In this document: piece after piece, positions 1 to 8,980 of the stretch | Position numbering within the stretch: position 1 is the first letter of the stretch | Layout of the letters: every line of letters starts with the position of its first letter | Source: Candidatus Thorarchaeota archaeon | GTDB lineage: Archaea; Asgardarchaeota; Thorarchaeia; Thorarchaeales; Thorarchaeaceae | Direction of reading: 5' to 3' | NCBI GenBank assembly: GCA_030612005.1 | Contig: JAUWOU010000005.1 | Coordinates: 2,629-66,628, forward strand | Length of the DNA: 64,000 bases | The notes under the pieces: model-generated | What the model was told of the DNA's origin: nothing | Seen by the model: the letters and a program-made list of their open reading frames with translations, nothing else | Database searches by the model: none | Position numbers and translations under genes: made by a program

Positions 1-14
1 ATTGCGGCTCTACT

Positions 15-1673
15 ATGGCTCTCCTACATTCTGATATAGGTCGAAAGGAAGTGGAGTACACGTTCCTCTGTCCAATTCATGGTGTAAAACTGAAACGTAT
101 TCCTTCATATTATCACACATCTGTAACAAGTGCATTGGCAACGATAAATAGTGCAAAGTTTATTCTGGACTCACTCAGTTGTCAAAAATGTGGGCAAATA
201 TTCTCTGCACATGGGGTTGAAGAGAAAAAGGGGATAATGATAACCAAGTATCGCTGTCCGAGTGGGCATAAGGAAATCCGCTATGTCCCAACCGATGCAG
301 ACCCCGCAATTCTGAAGACTGTTTTCAAAAGGCTCGTTTACTGTGAGCAATGCGGTCTTCCATGCAAATTATTGGGCACTTCGGTAAAGGGTGATAAAGC
401 TCGAATTGAGGTTTCCTGCCCGGCACATGGCAAGACTCGCAAGGAGATGCCTGCTAAGCATGCTTGGATGATAGAAAAGATAGCAGCTGTTGTTTCAGAG
501 GGTTCTATCGTACGATCTATGCTCAATTGCACTGAGTGTTCCAGTAGGCTCTCAATTCGCAGCATTGAGATTGACAAGGAAAAATACAAGATAAAATGTA
601 GTTGTTCCAATGGGCATTCACGTGAGATGACACAACCAACTGAGCTTGATGAAGAAGCAATTGATGCTATTGTATCGGGAGTCCTAAAATGCAACCAATG
701 TGACTTGCTTACAGAGATTGTAAGCACCAAGGTCAGTGGCACTACAGTTGAACTTGAACTAGTCTGTCTAGTTCATCAGGTTATGAAGAAAGGAATTACT
801 GGGGATATCTATAAACATCTCGAAGAGCGTGAGCCACAAATCGATAGGATTGATGATATCGAAAAGAGTCTTACATGTGAAAAATGTCCGGCAATAATCA
901 CAATCAAAGATACAAAAGTGAAAGACAAAACCATTGAATTGAAGGTTGAGTGTCGTAATGGGCATGGTAGTGAGAGGTATCTCTCTCGCACTGCTGAACA
1001 TAAATCACTCTCACGTATCTATATGCAACTCTTTGAATGCCATAAGTGTCACAATAGTATAAACCTTGTAAGAATCGATGATACTGAAGAAGGAAAGACT
1101 GATGTATTCCTCTTCTGTGAACAACACCAAGATACCAAAGTTGCAATTCCTTCAGATCATAAGGAAGCTGTACGTGATGCGTTTCTGAAGACCAAGAAAC
1201 TACGTGATCTTGAAATTCTAGCTGATAAGACGCTCCAGACCAAACGTGCATGTGAGTACCAAATGGATGCAAAAGCAGATGTAAATGAAATGCTAGATAT
1301 TATCAAGAATGTAATAGAACAACATAGCGTTCTCTATGTTGACGAAAAGTCTAATCCCAAGACTGGTCTAGAGGCTTGGTATTACGGGAAGGCTCTCGAT
1401 GGTGATGAGTTCGTGGTTATTGGTTCTTCCTCAAAAGAAAATCTCTCTCTACGGATCACAGTTGCAAGCAATAATGAGAAGAAGCTAGAAGTAATGTTGG
1501 CTGAGATGCGTGAGAATCTACGAGAAGTACTTCTTCGGATTCAAACAAAGTCCGACGACACAGCACCACAGAAAATCTCTTGTCCACAATGTAATGCTGG
1601 TTTGGCAAAACGTGCGTTACCCGGAGAAACTATTGAATGCGAACACTGTGGCACTCCACTACATTTCGGTTGA
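15..1673 (+). CDS. Multi-zinc-ribbon repeat protein, function unknown; possibly 5'-truncated by the window edge
   Basis: 552-aa ORF. At least six tandem ~65-aa modules, each CxxC(G)..~20 aa..C(P)xxH(G): CQKCG..CPSGH, CEQCG..CPAHG, CTECS..CSNGH, CNQCD..CLVHQ, CEKCP..CRNGH, CHKCH..CEQHQ. A terminal CPQC..CEHC ribbon follows. The frame is open back to nt 3, and the upstream codons read CGST, which fits the CxxCG half-motif preceding CPIHG. Confidence 0.6.
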   Translation: MALLHSDIGRKEVEYTFLCPIHGVKLKRIPSYYHTSVTSALATINSAKFILDSLSCQKCGQIFSAHGVEEKKGIMITKYRCPSGHKEIRYVPTDADPAILKTVFKRLVYCEQCGLPCKLLGTSVKGDKARIEVSCPAHGKTRKEMPAKHAWMIEKIAAVVSEGSIVRSMLNCTECSSRLSIRSIEIDKEKYKIKCSCSNGHSREMTQPTELDEEAIDAIVSGVLKCNQCDLLTEIVSTKVSGTTVELELVCLVHQVMKKGITGDIYKHLEEREPQIDRIDDIEKSLTCEKCPAIITIKDTKVKDKTIELKVECRNGHGSERYLSRTAEHKSLSRIYMQLFECHKCHNSINLVRIDDTEEGKTDVFLFCEQHQDTKVAIPSDHKEAVRDAFLKTKKLRDLEILADKTLQTKRACEYQMDAKADVNEMLDIIKNVIEQHSVLYVDEKSNPKTGLEAWYYGKALDGDEFVVIGSSSKENLSLRITVASNNEKKLEVMLAEMRENLREVLLRIQTKSDDTAPQKISCPQCNAGLAKRALPGETIECEHCGTPLHFG

Positions 1674-1677
1674 GTAA

Positions 1678-2256
1678 CTAGTATTCTCCAGTCCATGTTG
1701 CGGCTGAATCTCTTGAGGAACTGATGTGTGAGAGGACTCTATCAACAATTGAGTCCACAAGATCCTCAATGGTCTTGGGCTTGTGCCAGAATGCTGGACT
1801 AGCAGGAATTACGATTGCCCCTGCTTGTGTTACCGTTTCCATATTTCGGATGTGAATCAGGTTGAGAGGACTCTCTCTTGGAACTAAAACTAGTTTTCGA
1901 CGTTCTTTCAGAGCACAGTCTGCGGCTCTTGTAATGAGATTATCTGCATATCCATGTGCAATACCAGCTAACGTCTTCATTGAGCAGGGGATAATAACGA
2001 CTGCATCTAAGTGAAATGAACCACTTGCAGGACCGGCAGTCTGATCATTCTCATCATAGACCTTATCGACCTTTGCAATTAGAGCTTTAACGTCTAAACC
2101 AGTTTCATAGGTCAGTGTTTCTGCTCCCCATTTACTAACTACAAGATGAACCTCATGTCCTAGTGATTTCAGTGCTTTAATTAGTCGCACTCCATAGATT
2201 GCGCCGCTAGCTCCTGTAATTCCAACAAAGATTCGTTTTTTACTCATCAAGTTCAC
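1678..2256 (-). CDS. ubiX: Flavin prenyltransferase UbiX (prenyl-FMN synthase)
   Basis: N-terminus KRIFVGITGASGAIYGVRLIKAL and the overall ~190-aa flavoprotein pattern (IIPCSMKTLAGIAHGYADNLITRAADCALKERRKLVLVPRESPL) are typical of UbiX/Pad1. Confidence 0.85.
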   Translation of the reverse strand: MNLMSKKRIFVGITGASGAIYGVRLIKALKSLGHEVHLVVSKWGAETLTYETGLDVKALIAKVDKVYDENDQTAGPASGSFHLDAVVIIPCSMKTLAGIAHGYADNLITRAADCALKERRKLVLVPRESPLNLIHIRNMETVTQAGAIVIPASPAFWHKPKTIEDLVDSIVDRVLSHISSSRDSAATWTGEY

Positions 2257-2264
2257 CTCAATGT

Positions 2265-4109
2265 TTAGATTAGAAAAGATATCAAAGTCAACGCAAGAAA
2301 TGCGATACCTCCTAAGCGAAGACCGTCTCTTTTTGCGACACCTGCTGCCTCAGCAACATTCTGAGTAAGTGTGTCAAAACCTTTCTCACCTAAGGTTCTA
2401 ATATTTTCGACCTTTCCAAAGCCCAGTCCTGCTAATACTGGTCTGACTAACTCTCTTGCTTTTGTAGCTGCTATCCCGATATGCTCAAGAGTTTCCTCAG
2501 GTTTGATACTTCCTACTGGAGGATATCCCTTACTGGATGCCGAAACAGCATTAACTACGTGAGTATCTGTGGTTGTAATCTCGGCTTTATCAAAGCCTTG
2601 CGTTTTCAGAATGCTAATCACTTCTTCTCTGAAACCTGGTTGAACATTGTTACCATCTACGGATACCAAAGCCATCTCTTGTCCTGCAGTTTTCAGAATT
2701 ATAACAGACACGCCTCCGGGACCGATTCCCTCTTCACAAGTTATATTGTCTGGATATACCGTGTACATTCCCATTTCCAATTTACTTCTGTTTTCATTTT
2801 TTGTAGTAAATACTGCAGCAGAAATAGTTCCGACGTATTCACTAGCTTCAGGATCTCCTTTCATTACTGATACTGCATCTTCATTGATGCAATTGTGAGC
2901 ATCAACAATCGCAACGCCTTTGATGTCTGGTGATTGTTTTCGTATCATATTTGCAGTATCATAACCAACTTCAAGCCCAATATCATCAGTGAATTCTGGT
3001 GCACTAGTACTAATTGTAAGAACATCTGAACCTACGAACATTGTCCAGGTCTTGAATTTATCGCCATCAGTCCAGTGAGGTCCTGATACCGTTGGATGGG
3101 TTTGAGTTTCCTTGATCAACCTATCAACCTCATCAAGTACAATGGGATAGTCCTTTTTGGTCGTGAGGTTTTGATGATGAGTGCAACTTCCATGAAGGAC
3201 AAAGGCAGGAATCCCATGTTTTTCCTGAATGTGCTCCATTATAGCCGACGGGAGACCGCTGCTACCAATGTCCCTGAAGGGTCCTGGATGGACATATTCG
3301 ATAACTCCACATGCAACTAGACCCTCTGAGTCTTTGAAAAGCAAAATCTCCATCGGGACACTTTGGATAGTTGCAATTTTCGTCAGGATTGTTTCCAATG
3401 GCTCAGGATTATCAGCTAACAAGTCGTATCCAAAAGCTCGAAGCACATCTGGCCCGTTTATTCCGAGATCCCTCTCGAATGGGACACTAACAGCTCGATA
3501 GATGTACTGAACTACGAGAGATGGAATTACTATGATTAGAATTGTAGTCACATACCAGTAGGTTCCCAGTGCTGGTAGTGCGGGATTTATGATTGGGAGA
3601 TAGTTCTCAAGGAGTAACCATATCCCAAGGGGTGCTAGTGCTCCAACAAAATGACGATAAATCGAATACGCACTAAGACTGTGGATGATGAATGCAAACA
3701 TAAAGTATGCAACAGCTGCACCTAGCATTAGGAATTTGATCTCGTAACCCTGCGTGGCTAGAACCGCGTCGACGGCTACACCAATAATGCTCAAGATATA
3801 CCATATAATGAAACCAAACATGGTTGCTCCTGCAGTTCTTCTAGGGTCTAGTGGTGAGCCTTCAGATGATCCTATCAGATAGAGCAAGCTGGTCCCCAAT
3901 AATACTGGAATGCCTAGAAGTAGTAGATACATGAACCAAGTGCCATAGAAATCTACGGTTACAGCTGTGAGAGTCTTGACTGCTGCAGAGAGAAATGATA
4001 TACATGTTGTAAGTATGACATGTATTGTTAGAATCCCCCGATAGGTTGGTAATTTGACAATCTTGGTGTATAATCGAACGGTTTCTTTGACCTTTGCCTT
4101 TTCTCCCAA
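2265..4109 (-). CDS. Archaeal membrane protein with a C-terminal soluble domain, DUF2070-like
   Basis: 614-aa ORF with a TTG start. About 8 N-terminal TM helices are followed by a soluble domain with His/Asp-rich motifs (HPGPFRDIGSSG, HGSCTHHQN, DAHNC, TTDTHVVN). The architecture matches my recollection of DUF2070; this was not verified. Confidence 0.55.
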   Translation of the reverse strand: MGEKAKVKETVRLYTKIVKLPTYRGILTIHVILTTCISFLSAAVKTLTAVTVDFYGTWFMYLLLLGIPVLLGTSLLYLIGSSEGSPLDPRRTAGATMFGFIIWYILSIIGVAVDAVLATQGYEIKFLMLGAAVAYFMFAFIIHSLSAYSIYRHFVGALAPLGIWLLLENYLPIINPALPALGTYWYVTTILIIVIPSLVVQYIYRAVSVPFERDLGINGPDVLRAFGYDLLADNPEPLETILTKIATIQSVPMEILLFKDSEGLVACGVIEYVHPGPFRDIGSSGLPSAIMEHIQEKHGIPAFVLHGSCTHHQNLTTKKDYPIVLDEVDRLIKETQTHPTVSGPHWTDGDKFKTWTMFVGSDVLTISTSAPEFTDDIGLEVGYDTANMIRKQSPDIKGVAIVDAHNCINEDAVSVMKGDPEASEYVGTISAAVFTTKNENRSKLEMGMYTVYPDNITCEEGIGPGGVSVIILKTAGQEMALVSVDGNNVQPGFREEVISILKTQGFDKAEITTTDTHVVNAVSASSKGYPPVGSIKPEETLEHIGIAATKARELVRPVLAGLGFGKVENIRTLGEKGFDTLTQNVAEAAGVAKRDGLRLGGIAFLALTLISFLI

Positions 4110-4181
4110 TATAGTGTCACTCTCACGTGTTTAGGTCGTAACTTATCTAATTCTTATCAAATTTGTCCTAGGTCAGCTATG

Positions 4182-4232
4182 CCGATATCAAACGCAAGCT
4201 TTATATCGCATTCGATATCGCATCCGATATTT
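4182..4232 (+). promoter_or_regulatory. Putative promoter/operator of the padR-ABC operon: four CGATAT-core repeats overlapping a TTTATAT TATA-like box
   Basis: The sequence gccGATATCaaacgcaagcTTTATATCGCATtcGATATCGCATccGATATtt lies 16-66 nt upstream of the ATG at 4248. AGGTGA at 4235-4240 is an SD-like site. Confidence 0.4.
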
Positions 4233-4247
4233 CCAAGGTGATTTTGT

Positions 4248-4775
4248 ATGAATGATGAAGATTCAAAGAAAGATTGTGAACATATGGCAATGCCTCAATC
4301 TGTCCCTAGGGGACTTCTTCGTCACCTCATACCGCGCTTACTCAAAGATGAGGATATGACCGGGACTCAGATAATGCAGGAATTTCGTGATAGAACAGAT
4401 GATGAATGGAATCCTAGTCCTGGAACAATCTATCCACTACTTGCTTCTCTTGAAGAGGATGGTTTCATTGAAACAGTCAAAATAGAGGGTCGAAGCAAGA
4501 CCTACCACCTTACTGATGACGGAAGAAAGAGAATTGAGAGTATGATCAAACTTCGAAAAGGTGGAGTTGGACATAAGACTCGATTAGGTCCGAAATTATG
4601 GGAACAATTCCTTGACCCCTCAGAAAGAGTACGATTTCATATTCATTGGATGACACATGCGATTGAAGGATTCGAATCTTTAGCTGGGACCTTGAAAACA
4701 AAAGATCGACAATTACTACTAAAACATCTGGAGGAGATGAATGTGAAGGTCTCCTCAATCATTGATACACTATAA
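4248..4775 (+). CDS. PadR-family winged-helix transcriptional regulator
   Basis: The motif LRHLIPRLLKDEDMTGTQIMQEF...GTIYPLLASLEEDGFIE is the PadR wHTH signature. The gene is immediately upstream of, and overlaps, the ABC exporter genes. Confidence 0.8.
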   Translation: MNDEDSKKDCEHMAMPQSVPRGLLRHLIPRLLKDEDMTGTQIMQEFRDRTDDEWNPSPGTIYPLLASLEEDGFIETVKIEGRSKTYHLTDDGRKRIESMIKLRKGGVGHKTRLGPKLWEQFLDPSERVRFHIHWMTHAIEGFESLAGTLKTKDRQLLLKHLEEMNVKVSSIIDTL

Positions 4776-6684
4776 TCTGGAGGAACTTAGATTGACAAAA
4801 AACACCAGTGAAAAGAAACGTTTCACTGCAGCAGGATACATGTTGAGTGGGCTGATTAAATACAAGGGAGTAACAACTGGGGCTATAATTCTAACCATCA
4901 TCTCCACTGTTCTTGTTACAATACCATCAATCATCATTGGTTTGGCGGTGAATGAACTTCGAGATCCGGCGGATCCATCTGGTCTGACTCCTGCGTTAGG
5001 TCTGACTCCCCAATTCATCCTCTATATTTGGATAATCATAGGGTTGGCCCTTCTCTACATGGGACTGTATTTTGTGGTAGGTTGGGTCTGGGCGATTGTC
5101 ACCCTGAGATGGGAACGAGATGCTCGACAGGACTTCTTTGAAGCTTTGCAAGAATATAGTATGACTTTCCATGATGAGGTTGATAGTAAGAGGCTTCTCT
5201 CAGTAGCGATGCAAGATATAACTTGGGTGCGCTTCTCTCTGAATCCTGCTATACGAAATATATTGGGCGGTTTCATCTCATTTGGAATTACAATGATAAT
5301 TCTCATTCAGATTGATTTCCGACCTATTATCCAGAACTTTGTTGTTGTATCATTTTTCGGACAGTCAATTTCACTTCCAGTATACACAATAATTATGGTC
5401 ATTGGAACACCACTCTACCTCATCTTATCATACAGGTATGCAAATGCAGTTGAACCAGTTCGAAGAAAGCGCTCTGAAGATATGGAACTTCTAACTGCTA
5501 GAACACAAGGAGTCTTTCAAGGAATTGAAGTTGTAAGGGCTTTTGGTACAGAACGTGTTGAACAAGAAAAGTTCCATGATATTAGTAAAACATACGAAGA
5601 GTCTGTAACTAAAGAAGGAAGATTGGCTGCGTTCTATCTTCCAGCTCTAGTGCTTGTGGCTATGACAACGATCGCATTCTTCTATTCAGCGTACGCTGTG
5701 ATCAATGGAGTTCTCAATCCTGGTGAGATGATAACTATACTTGTATTACTTGTTGCTCTTGAAGGATTGAATTTCCACTTCCCGCGGATGCTACTAGTTC
5801 TCAGGGGCGGATACGTAAATGCTCAAAGAATAGTAGACATTTTGAATTGGGATGAAACCATGATTGAACCTGTCACTGAAGTTACGGAAGTGAACTGGGG
5901 CGGAGATATTGTCTTTGATAATGTGAGTTTCAAGTATGGTTCAGAAGAAAATAATAATGACCACTATGCATTGAAAGAATTCAACATCACAATACCTAGT
6001 GGTTCCCGTGTTGCTCTGATTGGTGGTCCAGGTGGAGGCAAAAGTACTATCCTGAAACTCTTACTCCGTCTATATGATCCTACTGAGGGTTCGATTACTG
6101 TTGGAGGTGTCAATCTTCGTGATGTTACCACTGAATCCGTGCGTGATACTGTTGGACTTGTTGAGCAAGACATCTTCCTATTTCGGATGAGCGTACACGA
6201 CAATATTTCCTTTGGAAGAAGTCAAGCTACTCAGGATGAAATTGAGGATGCTGCCACACGAGCTCAAGCTCACGAATTCATAGTTGAACTTCCAGAAGGA
6301 TACGATACTATAATTGGTGAACGTGGAATGACTCTCTCCGGAGGTCAGCGGCAGCGGCTAGCTATTGCTCGTGCAATTATCCAAGATCCAAAGATTTTGC
6401 TTCTGGATGATTCAGTGAGTGCAGTAGATGCCCAAACAGAATTTCTCATGAGAAAAGCACTAAATGAAGTAATGGCGAATAGAACAAGCATTACGGTCAC
6501 TCAAAGATTGAGGACTCTGAAAGAATCAGACTTGATAGTCATCGTAGACAAGGGTCGCCTGATTGCAGCAGGGTGTCATGACGATCTATTACGGGATTCA
6601 GAACACTACCGTCGAATATTCGAACGGCTGCCTGGTGCTCAGAAATTACTGGCGGCAGCTCGTACAAGTGGAGGTGTTGCATAA
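4762..6684 (+). CDS. ABC exporter half-transporter (TMD-NBD) with a degenerate ATPase site
   Basis: Six-TM exporter domain plus NBD. Walker A is GGPGGGKST and the signature is LSGGQRQRL, but Walker B reads LLLDDS (catalytic Glu replaced by Asp) and the H-loop reads TVTQRL (His replaced by Gln). The start is uncertain: TTG 4762, TTG 4792 preceded by GGAGG, or ATG 4840. Confidence 0.9.
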   Translation: MIHYNLEELRLTKNTSEKKRFTAAGYMLSGLIKYKGVTTGAIILTIISTVLVTIPSIIIGLAVNELRDPADPSGLTPALGLTPQFILYIWIIIGLALLYMGLYFVVGWVWAIVTLRWERDARQDFFEALQEYSMTFHDEVDSKRLLSVAMQDITWVRFSLNPAIRNILGGFISFGITMIILIQIDFRPIIQNFVVVSFFGQSISLPVYTIIMVIGTPLYLILSYRYANAVEPVRRKRSEDMELLTARTQGVFQGIEVVRAFGTERVEQEKFHDISKTYEESVTKEGRLAAFYLPALVLVAMTTIAFFYSAYAVINGVLNPGEMITILVLLVALEGLNFHFPRMLLVLRGGYVNAQRIVDILNWDETMIEPVTEVTEVNWGGDIVFDNVSFKYGSEENNNDHYALKEFNITIPSGSRVALIGGPGGGKSTILKLLLRLYDPTEGSITVGGVNLRDVTTESVRDTVGLVEQDIFLFRMSVHDNISFGRSQATQDEIEDAATRAQAHEFIVELPEGYDTIIGERGMTLSGGQRQRLAIARAIIQDPKILLLDDSVSAVDAQTEFLMRKALNEVMANRTSITVTQRLRTLKESDLIVIVDKGRLIAAGCHDDLLRDSEHYRRIFERLPGAQKLLAAARTSGGVA

Positions 6685-8945
6685 TGGGAATGCATGGACC
6701 AAGAGCTCTTACAAGACAAAAGCAAAAAAGAAGTCGTCCAATACGTGTCCTTCTTGGTCGAATGATTTCCTATCTTGGAAAGTTCAAGCGGATAGTTACA
6801 ATAGGTGCAGTACTTTCGTTGCTAGCAACCATCGTTGCTGTATTTGACCCATTGATTCTATCAATTGGAATTAATTCTGTACTTACTGAAAATCCCGTTC
6901 TAGAAACAATTCTCTTGCTCACACTCATATATGCTATATTGAAGGTCACTTCATGGATAATGAGCAGTGTCAATACTTGGATTATGGCAGGAGCCCAAGC
7001 GGGTTTCATACAGAATGTTCAAGAAGACATCTACTCAAAATTACTTCAATCGGATTTGTCCTACCATAAGGGCGAGCAAAGTGGAAATGTAACATCAAGA
7101 GTGACATCTGATACTGTTGAGCTTGGCACTGGTGTTCAAGTGATGATTGACTTTTCAAGTCAAATATTGATGCTTGTATCCTCGTTCATTCTTCTCTTCT
7201 TAGTTAGCCCATACATTGCTCTTACTTCATTAGTCGTAGTTCCTGGAGTTGCTTTCATGGCACTTCTTTTTGGAACTGTTGGACAACGTATCATGCTAGC
7301 ATCCCGAAGAGCTAGCGGTGAGGTTTCGGGACAGATAGCTGAGAATCTTAGTGGCATTCATGTTGCTAAGGCGTTTAATCGTGAAGATGAACTTGCTGAG
7401 AGAATGATGGAGCTCAATCAGGAATCATACCGTCATGGATTCCGATTTATGATATTGATGAGTGCCATGCAACCGTTAGTGAGATCAATAGGTCAATTTG
7501 CTTTAGCTGCAATGCTATTCGTTGCAGGATCTCTTGCTGTCGGGACACTTCCAGCAATGAATATTGGTGATGTCTTCCTTGGAATTGTATTAATTAGCAG
7601 ATTTCTTTGGCCATTACTTTCGCTGACCATGATGTTCACATCAGTGCAATCCTCCTTAGCTGCAATGGACCGTGTTTCTGACATATTAGATTCAAAACCT
7701 GCTATTGCAGATACTCCTGAAGCAATTTCTCTAACGGACGAAAGTGATGGTATCTATTTCCAGAACGTAACTTTTGAGTACGTCAAAGATACACAAGTTC
7801 TAAAGAATGTCAATTTCTCAATTGAACCCGGTCAGATGGTAGCAATTGTGGGGCACACAGGTGCTGGTAAGACAACTATTGCTTCTTTAGTTAATAGATT
7901 CTATGACCCGAATGAAGGGCATGTATTGATAGGTGATCAAGATCTTCGCGGTGTAACGCAAGAATCTCTGCATAATGCCCTGAGTTTAATTCCACAGGAA
8001 CCATACCTCTTTGATGATACGATAACTGAGAACATTCGATATGGACGTCCTGAATCCACTGATGATGAGATCAAAGAAATCTGTAAAACAATCGGTGCTG
8101 ATGAGTTCATTGAGGTCCTAGCAGATGGTTATGATACAGTCATCATTGAAGGTGGAAAGAACCTGAGTGCTGGACAAAGACAGATGATTACCATTGCCCG
8201 AACAATGCTCGCGAATCCTAAGATTCTCATCCTGGATGAAGCTACAAGTAGGTTGGATGCGTATAGCGAGTCCCTCGTTCAGGATGCTCAAGAACGACTC
8301 TTTTCAAACCGAACAACTGTTGTTATCGCACATCGATTGACGACGATTGCTAATGCTTCCAAGATTTTGATGTTTGATCACGGAGAGCTGATAGAGGAGG
8401 GAACTCATGAAGAGCTCCTCGCACAAGGTGGTCAGTTCAAATCTCTCTATGAAACATATTACTCGCACCAAGGAATTGAAGAAATTTCTGAGGAAGTTGC
8501 TGAAGTAGCAAAAGAGCAGGTTGAGAAACATGGCGGTGAGACACCCGAACCCTCTGGTCCTGGAATGATGATGGGTATGGGAATGGGTGGAATGGGACCT
8601 GGTCACGGTGGCATGGGATCTGGTGGAATGGGAATGAAACCCACTCCTGAAATGATTGAGAAGATGAAAGAACTGTATAAGTCAGATCCTGATTCTATGC
8701 CTGAACCGATGAGAGAGATGATGGAAAAAATGTTAGAGAATGAAAATCAAGATGATAATAATGAAGAGTCTGTGGAAAACGTTCACCCTGACGAAACAGT
8801 TGGTTATGGTGGACCAAGCGGTTCTGGACGACCTTCTCCTGAAATGATGAAAAGAATGCATGAGCAGTACAAAAAAGATCCTGACTCCGTTCCAGCACAT
8901 ATGCGTGATCATTTCAAGAGAATGAGTGAAAAAGAGATTGAATAG
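6684..8945 (+). CDS. ABC exporter half-transporter (TMD-NBD) with a ~150-aa GGM-rich, repeat-containing C-terminal extension
   Basis: Walker A is GHTGAGKTT, Walker B is ILILDEATS and the H-loop is VIAHRL, all canonical. The signature is degenerate (LSAGQRQ). The ATG overlaps the upstream TAA (TAATG). The tail contains GMMMGMGMGGMGPGHGGMGSGGMGM. Confidence 0.9.
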   Translation: MGMHGPRALTRQKQKRSRPIRVLLGRMISYLGKFKRIVTIGAVLSLLATIVAVFDPLILSIGINSVLTENPVLETILLLTLIYAILKVTSWIMSSVNTWIMAGAQAGFIQNVQEDIYSKLLQSDLSYHKGEQSGNVTSRVTSDTVELGTGVQVMIDFSSQILMLVSSFILLFLVSPYIALTSLVVVPGVAFMALLFGTVGQRIMLASRRASGEVSGQIAENLSGIHVAKAFNREDELAERMMELNQESYRHGFRFMILMSAMQPLVRSIGQFALAAMLFVAGSLAVGTLPAMNIGDVFLGIVLISRFLWPLLSLTMMFTSVQSSLAAMDRVSDILDSKPAIADTPEAISLTDESDGIYFQNVTFEYVKDTQVLKNVNFSIEPGQMVAIVGHTGAGKTTIASLVNRFYDPNEGHVLIGDQDLRGVTQESLHNALSLIPQEPYLFDDTITENIRYGRPESTDDEIKEICKTIGADEFIEVLADGYDTVIIEGGKNLSAGQRQMITIARTMLANPKILILDEATSRLDAYSESLVQDAQERLFSNRTTVVIAHRLTTIANASKILMFDHGELIEEGTHEELLAQGGQFKSLYETYYSHQGIEEISEEVAEVAKEQVEKHGGETPEPSGPGMMMGMGMGGMGPGHGGMGSGGMGMKPTPEMIEKMKELYKSDPDSMPEPMREMMEKMLENENQDDNNEESVENVHPDETVGYGGPSGSGRPSPEMMKRMHEQYKKDPDSVPAHMRDHFKRMSEKEIE

Positions 8946-8955
8946 CCTCAGAAAG

Positions 8956-8980
8956 TAGACACCATCAGGTGTCTATTTTT
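8956..8980 (+). terminator. Hairpin plus T5 tract after the ABC operon
   Basis: tagacacc-atca-ggtgtcta is a perfect 8-bp stem followed by ttttt. It overlaps the last codons of the convergent minus-strand ORF. Confidence 0.4.
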
